64,000 nt of DNA from an uncultured Rhodopirellula sp. (GTDB taxonomy: Bacteria; Planctomycetota; Planctomycetia; Pirellulales; Pirellulaceae): contig CAXGAI010000008.1 of the NCBI GenBank assembly GCA_964007735.1, positions 1 through 64,000 of the forward strand. Direction: 5' to 3'. The notes beneath the pieces are model-generated. The model had not been told where the DNA came from and searched no databases. It saw only the letters and a list, made by a program, of their open reading frames with translations. The position numbers and the translations under genes were made by a program. Shown in pieces: positions 29,538 to 39,361 of the stretch; positions within the stretch are counted from its first letter, which is position 1; every line of letters begins with the position of its first letter.

Positions 29538-31145
29538 TTATCTTGAAGAACCGGCTTCGCCCGCTGCCTCACGAGCCAGCTCTAACAGATGGTCTAAAAT
29601 CGGTTTCACTTTTGGATTTCCGAGTAGATTGTTCGTCTCTTGGGGATCCTTCGAAAGATCATAAAGTGCCGTTGGGTGTAATTGGCTATTAAATGCATAA
29701 CGATGATCGAGGAACAACTTCCACTGACCCTCTATCGGAGCAGCATTGGTCCGAACTGCAACGACAGCTCGTTCGTCGGCCAGTTTCTTACTGGCTTCCT
29801 GATGATCATTCGGAAAGATTGCTCCGACGCGAACAAACTCTACATCACCTTGTAAGGCTGCTAACTGACTAACACTATCTTCCGCACCACGGCCCTTACC
29901 TGATACCGGCGGAAGATCTTTACCGACCACCTCAGCCAACGTGGCATATAAGTCATTCAAGGCCAGCAGCGATGTTTGTGTTTCACCAGGAGTCTTATCG
30001 TTCCCGTCACCGATATTTCCCAACGGCCAACTGGCAATAAACGGAATACGATGACCGCCCTCATAGGTGGACCCTTTGTTACTGCGGACCGGCCCTGTGA
30101 ATCGTTTATCGTTCTTTTCTGCTCCATTGTCACTGGTGAAAATCACCATGGTATTTTCGATTAAGGGGTGACCGGTACGACGCGGGTCTTCTGTTGCTTT
30201 GAGGTAATCAAGCAACCGAAGCAGGTGAACATCATTTTGATAGACGAAATCCTGCCGTAGACTATTCGTTGGCGTACCATCTTTATAGCGGCTTGCACCT
30301 TCCACCTTGTGGCCGGCTATTTCCTTCGACGGTGTATAGGGACCATGATTCGCCGGCGAGGCAAAGTATAGAAAGAATGGTTCAGTCATGGTTTTCATGG
30401 AATCCAGAAACTCGAAAGCCTCGCGGTCCATTACATTACCAACCTGCCAATAGTCATAGGCGCCTTCTTTTAGCCGTCTTCCCTCATCCGTAGCACCAAC
30501 GACTGTGCGACCATGGATCCACCCCGGACCAGTTTTTTGATCTGAGGTGTTAATGCGTTTGAGGCCTCCCGGCCCCGAGGTAGGATGGCTTCGGGAGATA
30601 CCATAAAAGAAATCAAAGCCATGGTCTATCGGTGTATCTGCCATCGGCTGACGAAGATCTGCATCCTCAAAACCTTCAGCGATCGAACCGTCGGACTTGC
30701 GATAGGTTAGCCCCAAATGCCATTTACCAACCATGCCTGTCTTATATCCCGCCTGCTGTAGCATTTCAGGCATCGTCAGACGATCTTGTGCGATCAACGG
30801 ATCACCATGGTTACCAAACAACACCCAATGTTTCAGTGACGTTCTCCAGCAATAGCGGCCTGTCATGAGTGCATAACGGGTTGTTGTACAGCGGCTATGC
30901 GGCGAATGTGCATCTGTGAACCGAACTCCGCGCCGAGCAAGCTCCGCCATCGCGGGTGTGTGAAGCTGATCTGCATCACTGTTTTGAGCCCAATCCTGAT
31001 AAGCACTCGTATCCCCGGCTCCCATATCATCTGCTAGAAACACAATAATGTTCGGCTTAACGGAGGGTTGAACTACACCCTGCTGTGCAAGCACAAATCC
31101 CGGGTGCAACAACACGCTACATACCAAGGTGAAGAGAATACGCAT
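29538..31145 (-). CDS. Arylsulfatase with atypical CTTTR signature
   Basis: PNIIVFLADDMG, CTTTRYALMTGRY, GKWHLG and KGSTYEGGHR. Confidence 0.92.
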   Translation of the reverse strand: MRILFTLVCSVLLHPGFVLAQQGVVQPSVKPNIIVFLADDMGAGDTSAYQDWAQNSDADQLHTPAMAELARRGVRFTDAHSPHSRCTTTRYALMTGRYCWRTSLKHWVLFGNHGDPLIAQDRLTMPEMLQQAGYKTGMVGKWHLGLTYRKSDGSIAEGFEDADLRQPMADTPIDHGFDFFYGISRSHPTSGPGGLKRINTSDQKTGPGWIHGRTVVGATDEGRRLKEGAYDYWQVGNVMDREAFEFLDSMKTMTEPFFLYFASPANHGPYTPSKEIAGHKVEGASRYKDGTPTNSLRQDFVYQNDVHLLRLLDYLKATEDPRRTGHPLIENTMVIFTSDNGAEKNDKRFTGPVRSNKGSTYEGGHRIPFIASWPLGNIGDGNDKTPGETQTSLLALNDLYATLAEVVGKDLPPVSGKGRGAEDSVSQLAALQGDVEFVRVGAIFPNDHQEASKKLADERAVVAVRTNAAPIEGQWKLFLDHRYAFNSQLHPTALYDLSKDPQETNNLLGNPKVKPILDHLLELAREAAGEAGSSR

Positions 31146-32566
31146 TAACTAATCATTTCCTGAATCACTTGCCCACCAAACTGGGACAACTGTTTATAAC
31201 GACCACCATGGAAGTAGGTAAGCTTATTATCGTCGAGACCAAGAAGGTGAAGCAGAGTTACATGGACATCTCGAATGGGATGCACATTTTCCACCGCTTC
31301 CGCACCAATCTCGTCTGTAGCACCAATGACTGCCCCCTTCTTTACGCCACCGCCCGCAAATAACATTGTCATCGCATCGACGTTATGGCCGCGGCCAAAA
31401 GAATAGACTCCGCCGCGTCGATTGTTGTCAGGCGTACGACCAAATTCCCCTGTCCAGACAACTAAAGTGTCGTCCAGCATACCTCGGGCCTTGAGGTCTT
31501 TGATTAATGCGGCCATGGGCTGATCGACCGATTTAATTCGTGATGAATGACCTTTCTCAAGATAGTCATGGCTATCCCAACCGCCAGTAAAGATCTGTAC
31601 GAATCGCACCCCACTCTCCACCATGCGTCGGGCCATCAAGCACTGCTTTGCGAAGCCAACTGTCTCCGGATTATTCATCCCATACATTTCCTGAGTCTTT
31701 AATGTCTCGGAAGACAAATCCATCACTTCGGGCACCGACATCTGCATACGAAAAGCCAGTTCATAACTCTCAATTCTGGACTCAAGCGCCTTATGTTCCG
31801 GATGCTGCTGAGCATGTCGTCGATTCATTTCTGCAAGTTCATCTAATGCGCGACGTTGATGCCTGCGATCCTTAAATGCCGGCGGCCGCAAATCCAAAAT
31901 CGGGGATCCCTGAGGACGCAATTTTGTTCCCTGATAATGAGCCGGTAGGAATCCATTGCTCCAATTTCTCGCCCCTCCTTGTGGTGCAGCCAACTCGGTC
32001 ATAACGACGTACCCGGGTAAGTTCTGATTCACTGAACCTAAGCCATACGTAGCCCAGGAACCGATGGCTGGATCAGCACCTAGTCGACTTCCGGTATTCA
32101 TATGAAAGAGAGCTTCCGGATGATTGAGTGACTCAGCCTGACAGCCCCGATAATTACACAGTTCATCTGCCACTTCCGGATCTGCCATAAACTTCCATTG
32201 ATCACTCATCTCCATTCCAGACTGACCAACTCTTCGGAACTTGAAAGGACTACCCACATAAAACCGGAAGCCACCCGCTAAACCCGCCGTTCGCTTGGAT
32301 TCCGTCTTATGAAGCTCATTGAGTTTTGGCTTAGGATCAAATGTATCTACCTGACTGGGTCCACCTTCCATAAACAACATGATACAAGCTTTGGCTTTTG
32401 GTTTATGCATCGGTTGTTTGGGAGATAAAGGGCCGGAGTTCGGTCCCGTGGAAGGGTTATCAGCCTGAAGCATCTCCGTTAGTGCGACAGAACCTAGCGA
32501 AGCACTCAAACCGTATAAAAAGTCACGGCGACTAGGATTTAGCTTTGTATTATTCAACGTAATCAT
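31145..32566 (-). CDS. DUF1501 protein
   Basis: SRRDFL, LFMEGGPSQVDTFDPKP, ARRMVESGVRFVQ, WDSH and GEFGRTP. Confidence 0.93.
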   Translation of the reverse strand: MITLNNTKLNPSRRDFLYGLSASLGSVALTEMLQADNPSTGPNSGPLSPKQPMHKPKAKACIMLFMEGGPSQVDTFDPKPKLNELHKTESKRTAGLAGGFRFYVGSPFKFRRVGQSGMEMSDQWKFMADPEVADELCNYRGCQAESLNHPEALFHMNTGSRLGADPAIGSWATYGLGSVNQNLPGYVVMTELAAPQGGARNWSNGFLPAHYQGTKLRPQGSPILDLRPPAFKDRRHQRRALDELAEMNRRHAQQHPEHKALESRIESYELAFRMQMSVPEVMDLSSETLKTQEMYGMNNPETVGFAKQCLMARRMVESGVRFVQIFTGGWDSHDYLEKGHSSRIKSVDQPMAALIKDLKARGMLDDTLVVWTGEFGRTPDNNRRGGVYSFGRGHNVDAMTMLFAGGGVKKGAVIGATDEIGAEAVENVHPIRDVHVTLLHLLGLDDNKLTYFHGGRYKQLSQFGGQVIQEMIS

Positions 32567-32579
32567 CTTCGATCAGGTC

Positions 32580-35423
32580 CTAGTACACATATAAGAATTC
32601 ACTACTATTGAACAGCAGCAAACACAAATCAGCCAAAGCTCTCGTCTCAACAGCTACATCACTGGCCTTCGTATCGGCCGAGTAATTCTCAAAGACAATA
32701 AGTTTTTCAAGATAATCGAATGGTTTACCGGAGAACTCCTCAATTAAGGACCGTGTAATCTCCGTTGGATACTCCACCCGAGCAGGACTTACCTTACGAT
32801 GATACCCCTGCATCTCAATAATATATTTCTTCAACCGACTGATTTCAGCCTTTACCGGATCGCGACCAAAGGCGAGCCAAAAGGCTCTTTTTATCCGCAA
32901 TTCGTGAGTCTCGCGTTCCTCGAGAAGTCGCTGAGCAAAGGCAATCGACCGATCTGTAACTACATCACTGTTTAACAAAGTTAACGCTTGGGGTGTGACG
33001 GTTAATGAATCACGCAGTTCACACGAATCGTTCGGGGTAGGCTGATTAAATAGCTCCAGAAACGGATCTGCCTGCCCACGCACTCGGTAGGCATAAATCG
33101 TTCTCCGATTACGCATCTCAGGCTCCGGCGATGGCTGATAAGCTGGAGCCAAAGAAAACTGAATCATCCGTGGTTGCAATGCCACTTCCATATTGATCTC
33201 AGGTCGAATCGGTAATCCACCGATCTCCGGATTCAGTTCACCGGTAATAGCAAGAAAGCTGTCACGTATTTCTTCCGCCGTTAAACGTCGTGGCTGAAAG
33301 ACTCCGAGAAGTTCATTGTTCGGATCTATTTGTTGAAGCTCCTCCAAATCAGATCGCTGCGTGGACTGCATATAGGTAGCCGACGTCATGATTAGCTTAT
33401 GCATCCGCTTGATTTTCCAGCCATTTTCAACAAAGTCCGCTGTCAAGTAATCTAACAACTGAGGGTGAGTTGGCTTCGCCCCCTTACCTCCAAAGTTATT
33501 TGGATTTCGTGCAATGGCCTGCCCAAAGTGATACTGCCAAATTCGATTCACAATCGAACGTGTAGTCAACGCGTTCTGGTCATCAGCGACCCACTTTGCC
33601 AGCGCCATTCGTCGACCATCGACAGAATCCGGAAGCAAGTACGAATCTGAACCCTCTTGAGCGACGGGGAGCCCCAGCCCACTTAGAATACCGGGCTGAA
33701 CTGAATCTCCCTGAGCCTCCAAAGCTCCGCCGGTAAGAATAAAGCTTGCCGGTTGCCAGTCAGGATCCTGCTTTTCGATAATTCTCAGTTTACGGGAACC
33801 CGGAAAACGGAATGGGTCATCCATCCCGTTATAGACTCCCTGAATCATCGGTTGGAACCGTTCCTGGCGGCGTGTCCAAATCCAAACATCTTGCTTATAA
33901 ACCTTGTATCGCCCTTTATCCGTAGCATCGAGCCCTACATGTCGCGGCGGCTTTTCTTCATCGGGCAGCTTTTGTCGAGCGCCTTCATCCTTATATTCAA
34001 GTCCTCGTTCAGCAAACCATTGCCGTGCTGCCGTTTCCTGTTTGTGATAAACGATATTTCGCTGATCTTCAGCGTTCTTGAGCATGGTCGCGACATGTGC
34101 CTGCTCCGACTCAAAGTTAATTTGGTTTTCCTCCGGAAGAAAAGCGACGGGGCGTTCCGCCATTTGAGTTGTCGCAAAGGCCGCATAGAAGCGATAGTAA
34201 TCTCGCGTCGGAATCGGATCAAACTTATGGTCATGGCATTTCACACAACGCATTGTTGTTGAAAGGAAGGTTTGACCGACCGAGTTAACAACATCATCAA
34301 GATAGATTTGGCGGGCTTGCGGGGCCTGTACCATGGCGTTATCAAAGGGGCCCATTCGTAGGAAACTGGTCGCTACCAACCATTCTGATTCCTGCTCGTT
34401 ATACGAGCCTGACCTGCGGGCAGCCACTACTCCATCCGTTTGCTTCACTCGCTGGCTGATAGACTGATCTGCCAACTCGTCACCTGCCAACTGTTCCACC
34501 ACAAATTGGTTGTATGGCTTATCTTTATTAAACGATCGAATGACATAGTCACGATATCTCCAGGCATTACTGCGTTCGTAGTCATTAGAGTAACCACCGG
34601 AGTCGGCATAGCGGGCCACGTCTAACCAATGCTGCCCCCAACGTTCTCCGTAATGGGGTGAAGCCAGTAATCGGTCAATAAGTGCCGTCCATGCCTGCTC
34701 TTGATTCATACGCCAGGCTTTCATGAACTCATTCGTTTCAAATGGCGTTGGGGGCAAACCAATAAGATCATAGTAGGCACGACGAAGAAGTAATTTGGGA
34801 TTTGCCCTAGGTGCCAAAACAAAATCACTTGCAGACAGCTTGGCTTTCACAAAATAATCTACCGGATGTTGCCCTGCCGGGACCGCCGTTTTTACTACTT
34901 GTTGAAATGCCCAAATATCTTCTGCTCGATATCTGCGGTAAGTCCACTCGTCATTCAAGCCGCCACTGGTATCAACCAAAACCCCTTCGTCCGTGACACG
35001 TTCACCCCAAGCTTTCTTACGATACAAAGCAATTGTCTCTTCATTAGGCCAGGGAGCTCCGGCCTGAATCCATTGTTCCAACCAATTAATTTGCTCTTCA
35101 GTAAGTTTATCGTTTTCTTTCGGAGGCATTTCATATGCCTCCCATTTCACCGCACTTATCAGGACGCTTTCAGCAGGCTTGCCGGGAATAATTGAGGTTT
35201 CTCCCGATTCACCACCCTTTAGAAGCCCCTCACGTGTTGTAAGGTTGTAGTCACCTTTAAGCTCTGTGCCAGCTCCATGACACTGAAAGCATTTCTGCTT
35301 TAGAAGAGGTAATACCTTAATCGCGAAGAGCTCATCGCCTGCACGCTGCTCAGCCAATCCCGTCTGACCAACCAACAGGCTTACAGTCAAAACTATCCAA
35401 AAAGATAAATTCCTGAGATGCAT
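32580..35423 (-). CDS. PSD1 / planctomycete cytochrome c (DUF1549/DUF1553) protein
   Basis: CFQCH, GERWGQHWLDVARYADS, CVKCHDHKFDP, VNRIWQYHFG and PTHPQLLDYL. Confidence 0.93.
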   Translation of the reverse strand: MHLRNLSFWIVLTVSLLVGQTGLAEQRAGDELFAIKVLPLLKQKCFQCHGAGTELKGDYNLTTREGLLKGGESGETSIIPGKPAESVLISAVKWEAYEMPPKENDKLTEEQINWLEQWIQAGAPWPNEETIALYRKKAWGERVTDEGVLVDTSGGLNDEWTYRRYRAEDIWAFQQVVKTAVPAGQHPVDYFVKAKLSASDFVLAPRANPKLLLRRAYYDLIGLPPTPFETNEFMKAWRMNQEQAWTALIDRLLASPHYGERWGQHWLDVARYADSGGYSNDYERSNAWRYRDYVIRSFNKDKPYNQFVVEQLAGDELADQSISQRVKQTDGVVAARRSGSYNEQESEWLVATSFLRMGPFDNAMVQAPQARQIYLDDVVNSVGQTFLSTTMRCVKCHDHKFDPIPTRDYYRFYAAFATTQMAERPVAFLPEENQINFESEQAHVATMLKNAEDQRNIVYHKQETAARQWFAERGLEYKDEGARQKLPDEEKPPRHVGLDATDKGRYKVYKQDVWIWTRRQERFQPMIQGVYNGMDDPFRFPGSRKLRIIEKQDPDWQPASFILTGGALEAQGDSVQPGILSGLGLPVAQEGSDSYLLPDSVDGRRMALAKWVADDQNALTTRSIVNRIWQYHFGQAIARNPNNFGGKGAKPTHPQLLDYLTADFVENGWKIKRMHKLIMTSATYMQSTQRSDLEELQQIDPNNELLGVFQPRRLTAEEIRDSFLAITGELNPEIGGLPIRPEINMEVALQPRMIQFSLAPAYQPSPEPEMRNRRTIYAYRVRGQADPFLELFNQPTPNDSCELRDSLTVTPQALTLLNSDVVTDRSIAFAQRLLEERETHELRIKRAFWLAFGRDPVKAEISRLKKYIIEMQGYHRKVSPARVEYPTEITRSLIEEFSGKPFDYLEKLIVFENYSADTKASDVAVETRALADLCLLLFNSSEFLYVY

Positions 35424-35680
35424 TAATGTATTAGACCGGGGGGAGAAGAAAAAACTATACGGTGTATGCTATTTCCCTCATCATACACGGAATTGCTTAA
35501 ACGGCTAAGCCTGAAGCATAACAACCGTTCTCAGGAAATCTCATTTCCGCCAGTGAAAAAACAGGATAAATCATCACTTCGGTTAAATTGCATTCGTTCA
35601 CGATAGAGTCTAATAAAGAATTACAAATCTCTGAAACGAGTTTTGAACATTCCGTTTACCTCCTGAGCAGACGCCAACAA

Positions 35681-37855
35681 ATGCATCACCTATCATTCCT
35701 GGCTACCTTCATTATTCTCTTTAGCCATTTACAAACTGTAATGGCTGAAGAGCCCATGAGGATCATGACGATGTCCTTCCGCCAGGCCAAGTCACTGATG
35801 GTTGGACAGGATGCACTCGAAGTCGACAGTCATGTCACGACTCGGCTACTGGATTTCAATGAAGATGGAACGATCGATCTACTCACCGGAAATGGTAAAG
35901 GCGAATTGAGAGCCTATCTGGGAAAACAATCGGAAGACGGGATAAATTTCCAGAGAGCGACCACTATATATGCAGGCTCCAAATTGCAGTGGGGTAATAC
36001 TTATACTGGCGTGGTACTTGCTCCTATTGCAGGCAACGAAAGAGCCGATCTGGTCGTTGCACATACGTCCAACAAAATCTCTATTCACCCATGTCAATTC
36101 AAAAACCGGGAGCCTGTTTTCAGCGAAGAGGCGATTGAATTTACGGTGCAAGATAATTGTCAGGGACGTTTCGATGTGGCTGACTGGAATGGAGACGGAC
36201 TCTACGACCTTATTACAGGGTCATTCGATGGCTCTCTCATTTGGTATCCCAATACCGGTACCCAGCAACAACCTAATTTTGGAAAAGGACAATCATTTCA
36301 TGACATTCGCCGAGCTTACAATTCACAGCCACGAATCATTGACTTCAACCAAGATGGCAACTTGGATTTAGTTTTGGGGGTCAACTGGGGAACCATTGAG
36401 GTCTACCTAAACACGGGGACAACTCACGAACCAAAACTCGCTGCACCGACAACATTACGTTGGGCTGATCAGGGAGGAGCATTAAACCTGCGATCCTTAA
36501 ATGGAGACGATACCACCCCGGACTTTGCAGATCTTAACGGTGATGGCGTCGTTGATCTGGTAAGTGGTGGCAAGAACGGCAAGGTGTTTCTCATGCAAGG
36601 AGTGGGGATTACGGACCACCTGTCCGAACTAAAGAAACTTTTGCAGGCAAATCCTGACCAACTGGGAACAAAGCTGACAATGGATGAAGCGCTTCGCGGT
36701 AAAGCCTTTGGGCTACTCGGCAGTATGCAAGCAGCTCTCAATAGCCGGTTAGTCCCGGAAGACTACCGAGCTTTGGTGGTCAAGGATCTGCAATCTCTGG
36801 TAGCTCGTTTCCCTCATTACTTTCGGCGGCAAAAATGGGATCTGAAGAAGACTCCTCATCTGCCCGCATTTGCAGCACAAATGTGGATTGTGCTATTTGA
36901 AGCCTATCCAGACTCTATCGAAAATCGAGAGCAACTGGCTCAGCTCGCAGGGTTCGAAGGAGGCTATAAAACGATGCTCGAAAATCTAGGCGTGATCTTC
37001 ATTGACAACAATACGGCCACAGCAGAACAAACTATGAAAATGACAAAACTTTTGGCTGAGATGCCACGTGCCGTCTGGGATGTCGAGACGATCACGGTAA
37101 GAGGATGGCTTGGAGAAGGTTTTAAGCAACAAGGGATTAGCTCGAACACGGGTGTCAATATTTTCTCAATGCCATTAGGACGTCCTGAAAACAGCTTTCC
37201 GGCCGATGCTCCCAGAAAAGGCATTACGGACGTCTATATGATCTGTCTGGCGCATGAAATCGCCCACAATATGCTCGACACTGTTGGTAGAACACTACGC
37301 CCGGAATTGTTCGAGCTTAAATATGAGCAATTAGATTACGCGGCCGGGAAGCATGTTCAATTTCATTTAAAGAAATCTCGTGGTGTAAATTGGGAAGCAA
37401 CCAAAGCCAATTTTCGTCGGGTGGGAATCTGGGATGGGGAAGATTCCTCGTGGCAGCAAACCTGGAAACAGTATCTTGAGAGTGAGCGGTTTCAACGGGC
37501 ACATGTCCGTGGCAGCATCCATTTTTTCATCCAGTCACCTCAGGAAGCATTTGCAACACTGGCAAATCAGTATTTCACCGATAGTCAACTCATGCTGGAA
37601 CTCGGCATCAAACGCTGGCAAGAAGGACACAAATCCAGCATCAATCAGTTTCTGCTGATTGCGGACTACCTGAGCCAAAAGACAAACTCGGTGAAATTCT
37701 ATCAAATGGGGGTCGGAGGTGAGCTTCGAGTGAAACCGGTAAGACTCGAACGTAATCAACTAGGGCAAATTACCCTCATTGAATCGAGCGACACCACGGT
37801 CAGGTTAGAGTATCAAGGCAATTTTGTGAGCATGCTTAACGTGGCAGACAATTAA
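35681..37855 (+). CDS. Secreted FG-GAP/VCBS-repeat protein with C-terminal HEXXH zinc-metallopeptidase-like domain
   Basis: Signal peptide; repeats DFNEDGTIDL, DWNGDGLYDL, DFNQDGNLDL and DLNGDGVVDL; HEIAH followed by SPQEAFA. Confidence 0.75.
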   Translation: MHHLSFLATFIILFSHLQTVMAEEPMRIMTMSFRQAKSLMVGQDALEVDSHVTTRLLDFNEDGTIDLLTGNGKGELRAYLGKQSEDGINFQRATTIYAGSKLQWGNTYTGVVLAPIAGNERADLVVAHTSNKISIHPCQFKNREPVFSEEAIEFTVQDNCQGRFDVADWNGDGLYDLITGSFDGSLIWYPNTGTQQQPNFGKGQSFHDIRRAYNSQPRIIDFNQDGNLDLVLGVNWGTIEVYLNTGTTHEPKLAAPTTLRWADQGGALNLRSLNGDDTTPDFADLNGDGVVDLVSGGKNGKVFLMQGVGITDHLSELKKLLQANPDQLGTKLTMDEALRGKAFGLLGSMQAALNSRLVPEDYRALVVKDLQSLVARFPHYFRRQKWDLKKTPHLPAFAAQMWIVLFEAYPDSIENREQLAQLAGFEGGYKTMLENLGVIFIDNNTATAEQTMKMTKLLAEMPRAVWDVETITVRGWLGEGFKQQGISSNTGVNIFSMPLGRPENSFPADAPRKGITDVYMICLAHEIAHNMLDTVGRTLRPELFELKYEQLDYAAGKHVQFHLKKSRGVNWEATKANFRRVGIWDGEDSSWQQTWKQYLESERFQRAHVRGSIHFFIQSPQEAFATLANQYFTDSQLMLELGIKRWQEGHKSSINQFLLIADYLSQKTNSVKFYQMGVGGELRVKPVRLERNQLGQITLIESSDTTVRLEYQGNFVSMLNVADN

Positions 37856-37858
37856 ATC

Positions 37859-38635
37859 TCATTCGGGGGTTACATAAGCCGAGGTGATTCCACCGTCCAC
37901 CACGAAGTCCGCTCCATTGACGTAACTGGATTCATCACTTGCTAAAAACAAAGCAGCTTTAGCCATTTCTTCAGCCAGCCCAAAACGCCCCATAGGAATA
38001 TGAACCAATCTTCGCTGTTTCTTTTCTTCGGTATCAAGAAAATCCATCAACAGTTTTGTATGTAGCGGACCAGGGCAAAGCGAATTACAGCGGATGTTTT
38101 CCCGAGCATGGATGATCGCTAATTCACGTGTCATCGCCAACACACCGCCTTTACTTGCCGTGTAAGCCAATTGAGGCGTCGCTGCTCCCATAATCGCTAC
38201 AAAAGACGCCGTATTAATAACGGTCCCACCACCGCTTTTCCGAATCGCGGGAATTCCAAATTTGCATCCGAGATAAACCCCCTTGAGATTGATATCCATG
38301 GTTCTATCCCAAACTTCTTCACTAGTCTGCATCGCATTCCCATCATCCGGATGCATAATTCCGGCGTTGTTAAACAATACATGTAAACCACCGAAAGACT
38401 GTTCCGCAACCTCCACCATTTGCTGGCAATCGTCAGCCTGTGATACATCGGCGTTCACATACACCACGTCTTCCGTAATCTGTTTGACCAGATCAATTGT
38501 TTCCAGACCGGCCTCGTCCTCCACATCAGCAGCTACAATTTTTGCACCTTCTTTGGCAAACAGTAATGCGGTTGCACGTCCAATACCACCTGAAGCGCCT
38601 GTGATCAAAGCTACTTTATCCTGCAATCGTCCCAT
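37859..38635 (-). CDS. Short-chain dehydrogenase/reductase of the type found in glnA4 clusters
   Basis: TGASGGIG, NNAG, YTASKGG and RRLVHIPMGRFG. Confidence 0.92.
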   Translation of the reverse strand: MGRLQDKVALITGASGGIGRATALLFAKEGAKIVAADVEDEAGLETIDLVKQITEDVVYVNADVSQADDCQQMVEVAEQSFGGLHVLFNNAGIMHPDDGNAMQTSEEVWDRTMDINLKGVYLGCKFGIPAIRKSGGGTVINTASFVAIMGAATPQLAYTASKGGVLAMTRELAIIHARENIRCNSLCPGPLHTKLLMDFLDTEEKKQRRLVHIPMGRFGLAEEMAKAALFLASDESSYVNGADFVVDGGITSAYVTPE

Positions 38636-38661
38636 GTTGTTTTCCTAAACTACAGATACTT

Positions 38662-39354
38662 CTACTGACAATGTGCTACAAAATTTCTAAACAATCTCTG
38701 CTGAATAACATCATCCGAACCTGCTAACTCCGGATGCCACTGGACGCAAATGCACCAGCGATGCTCAGGCATTTCAACAGCCTCGACTGTTCCATCCGGA
38801 GCATGGGCAACCACCATTAGTTGATCGGCCACCTCATCTAACGCCTGATGATGCCAGGATGGAGCTAAAAAGTTGAGGTCTTCTACAATTTCTGCCAGTC
38901 TTGAACCTGCCTTCACAAGAACAGGATGTTCAACCGGTTCGCGTGGTGGCATTCTGTGTTGAACCAAATCACCTTTGACATCCGGCAAATGCTGAACGAG
39001 GGTACCTCCCAGAGCAATATTCACAATTTGAATCCCACGACAGATCCCCAAAACAGGTTTACCCGTCGCCAAAACCCGCTGAACTAATTCCAGTTCATAT
39101 TGATCGCGCTGCTTATCCAGCATATAAATCGTTTCATGAGGAGCCTGATCGTAACAGCTTGGACAAATATCGCCGCCTCCGATCAATAGAATCCCATCCA
39201 CCCGATCTAATTGAGTTTGAATATCTCCTTGCAACGGCAAAACCATAGGGACACCACCTGCCGCGATAACACAGTCGACGTACTCACCGGGGATCGTATA
39301 GTGCTTTTGGTCATTGAGACCATACATCGTCAGTCCAATCACTGGTTTGGTCAT
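38662..39354 (-). CDS. Gamma-glutamyl-amide hydrolase (PuuD / peptidase C26 family)
   Basis: KPVIGL, GGGDI, GICRG and VQWHPE. Start reassigned to MTKPVIG. Confidence 0.92.
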   Translation of the reverse strand: MTKPVIGLTMYGLNDQKHYTIPGEYVDCVIAAGGVPMVLPLQGDIQTQLDRVDGILLIGGGDICPSCYDQAPHETIYMLDKQRDQYELELVQRVLATGKPVLGICRGIQIVNIALGGTLVQHLPDVKGDLVQHRMPPREPVEHPVLVKAGSRLAEIVEDLNFLAPSWHHQALDEVADQLMVVAHAPDGTVEAVEMPEHRWCICVQWHPELAGSDDVIQQRLFRNFVAHCQ

Positions 39355-39361
39355 CAGGCCT

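Noticed and set aside
35462..35488. 7-bp inverted repeat GTGTATG/CATACAC in a divergent intergenic region
   Set aside because: Too short to distinguish from chance.
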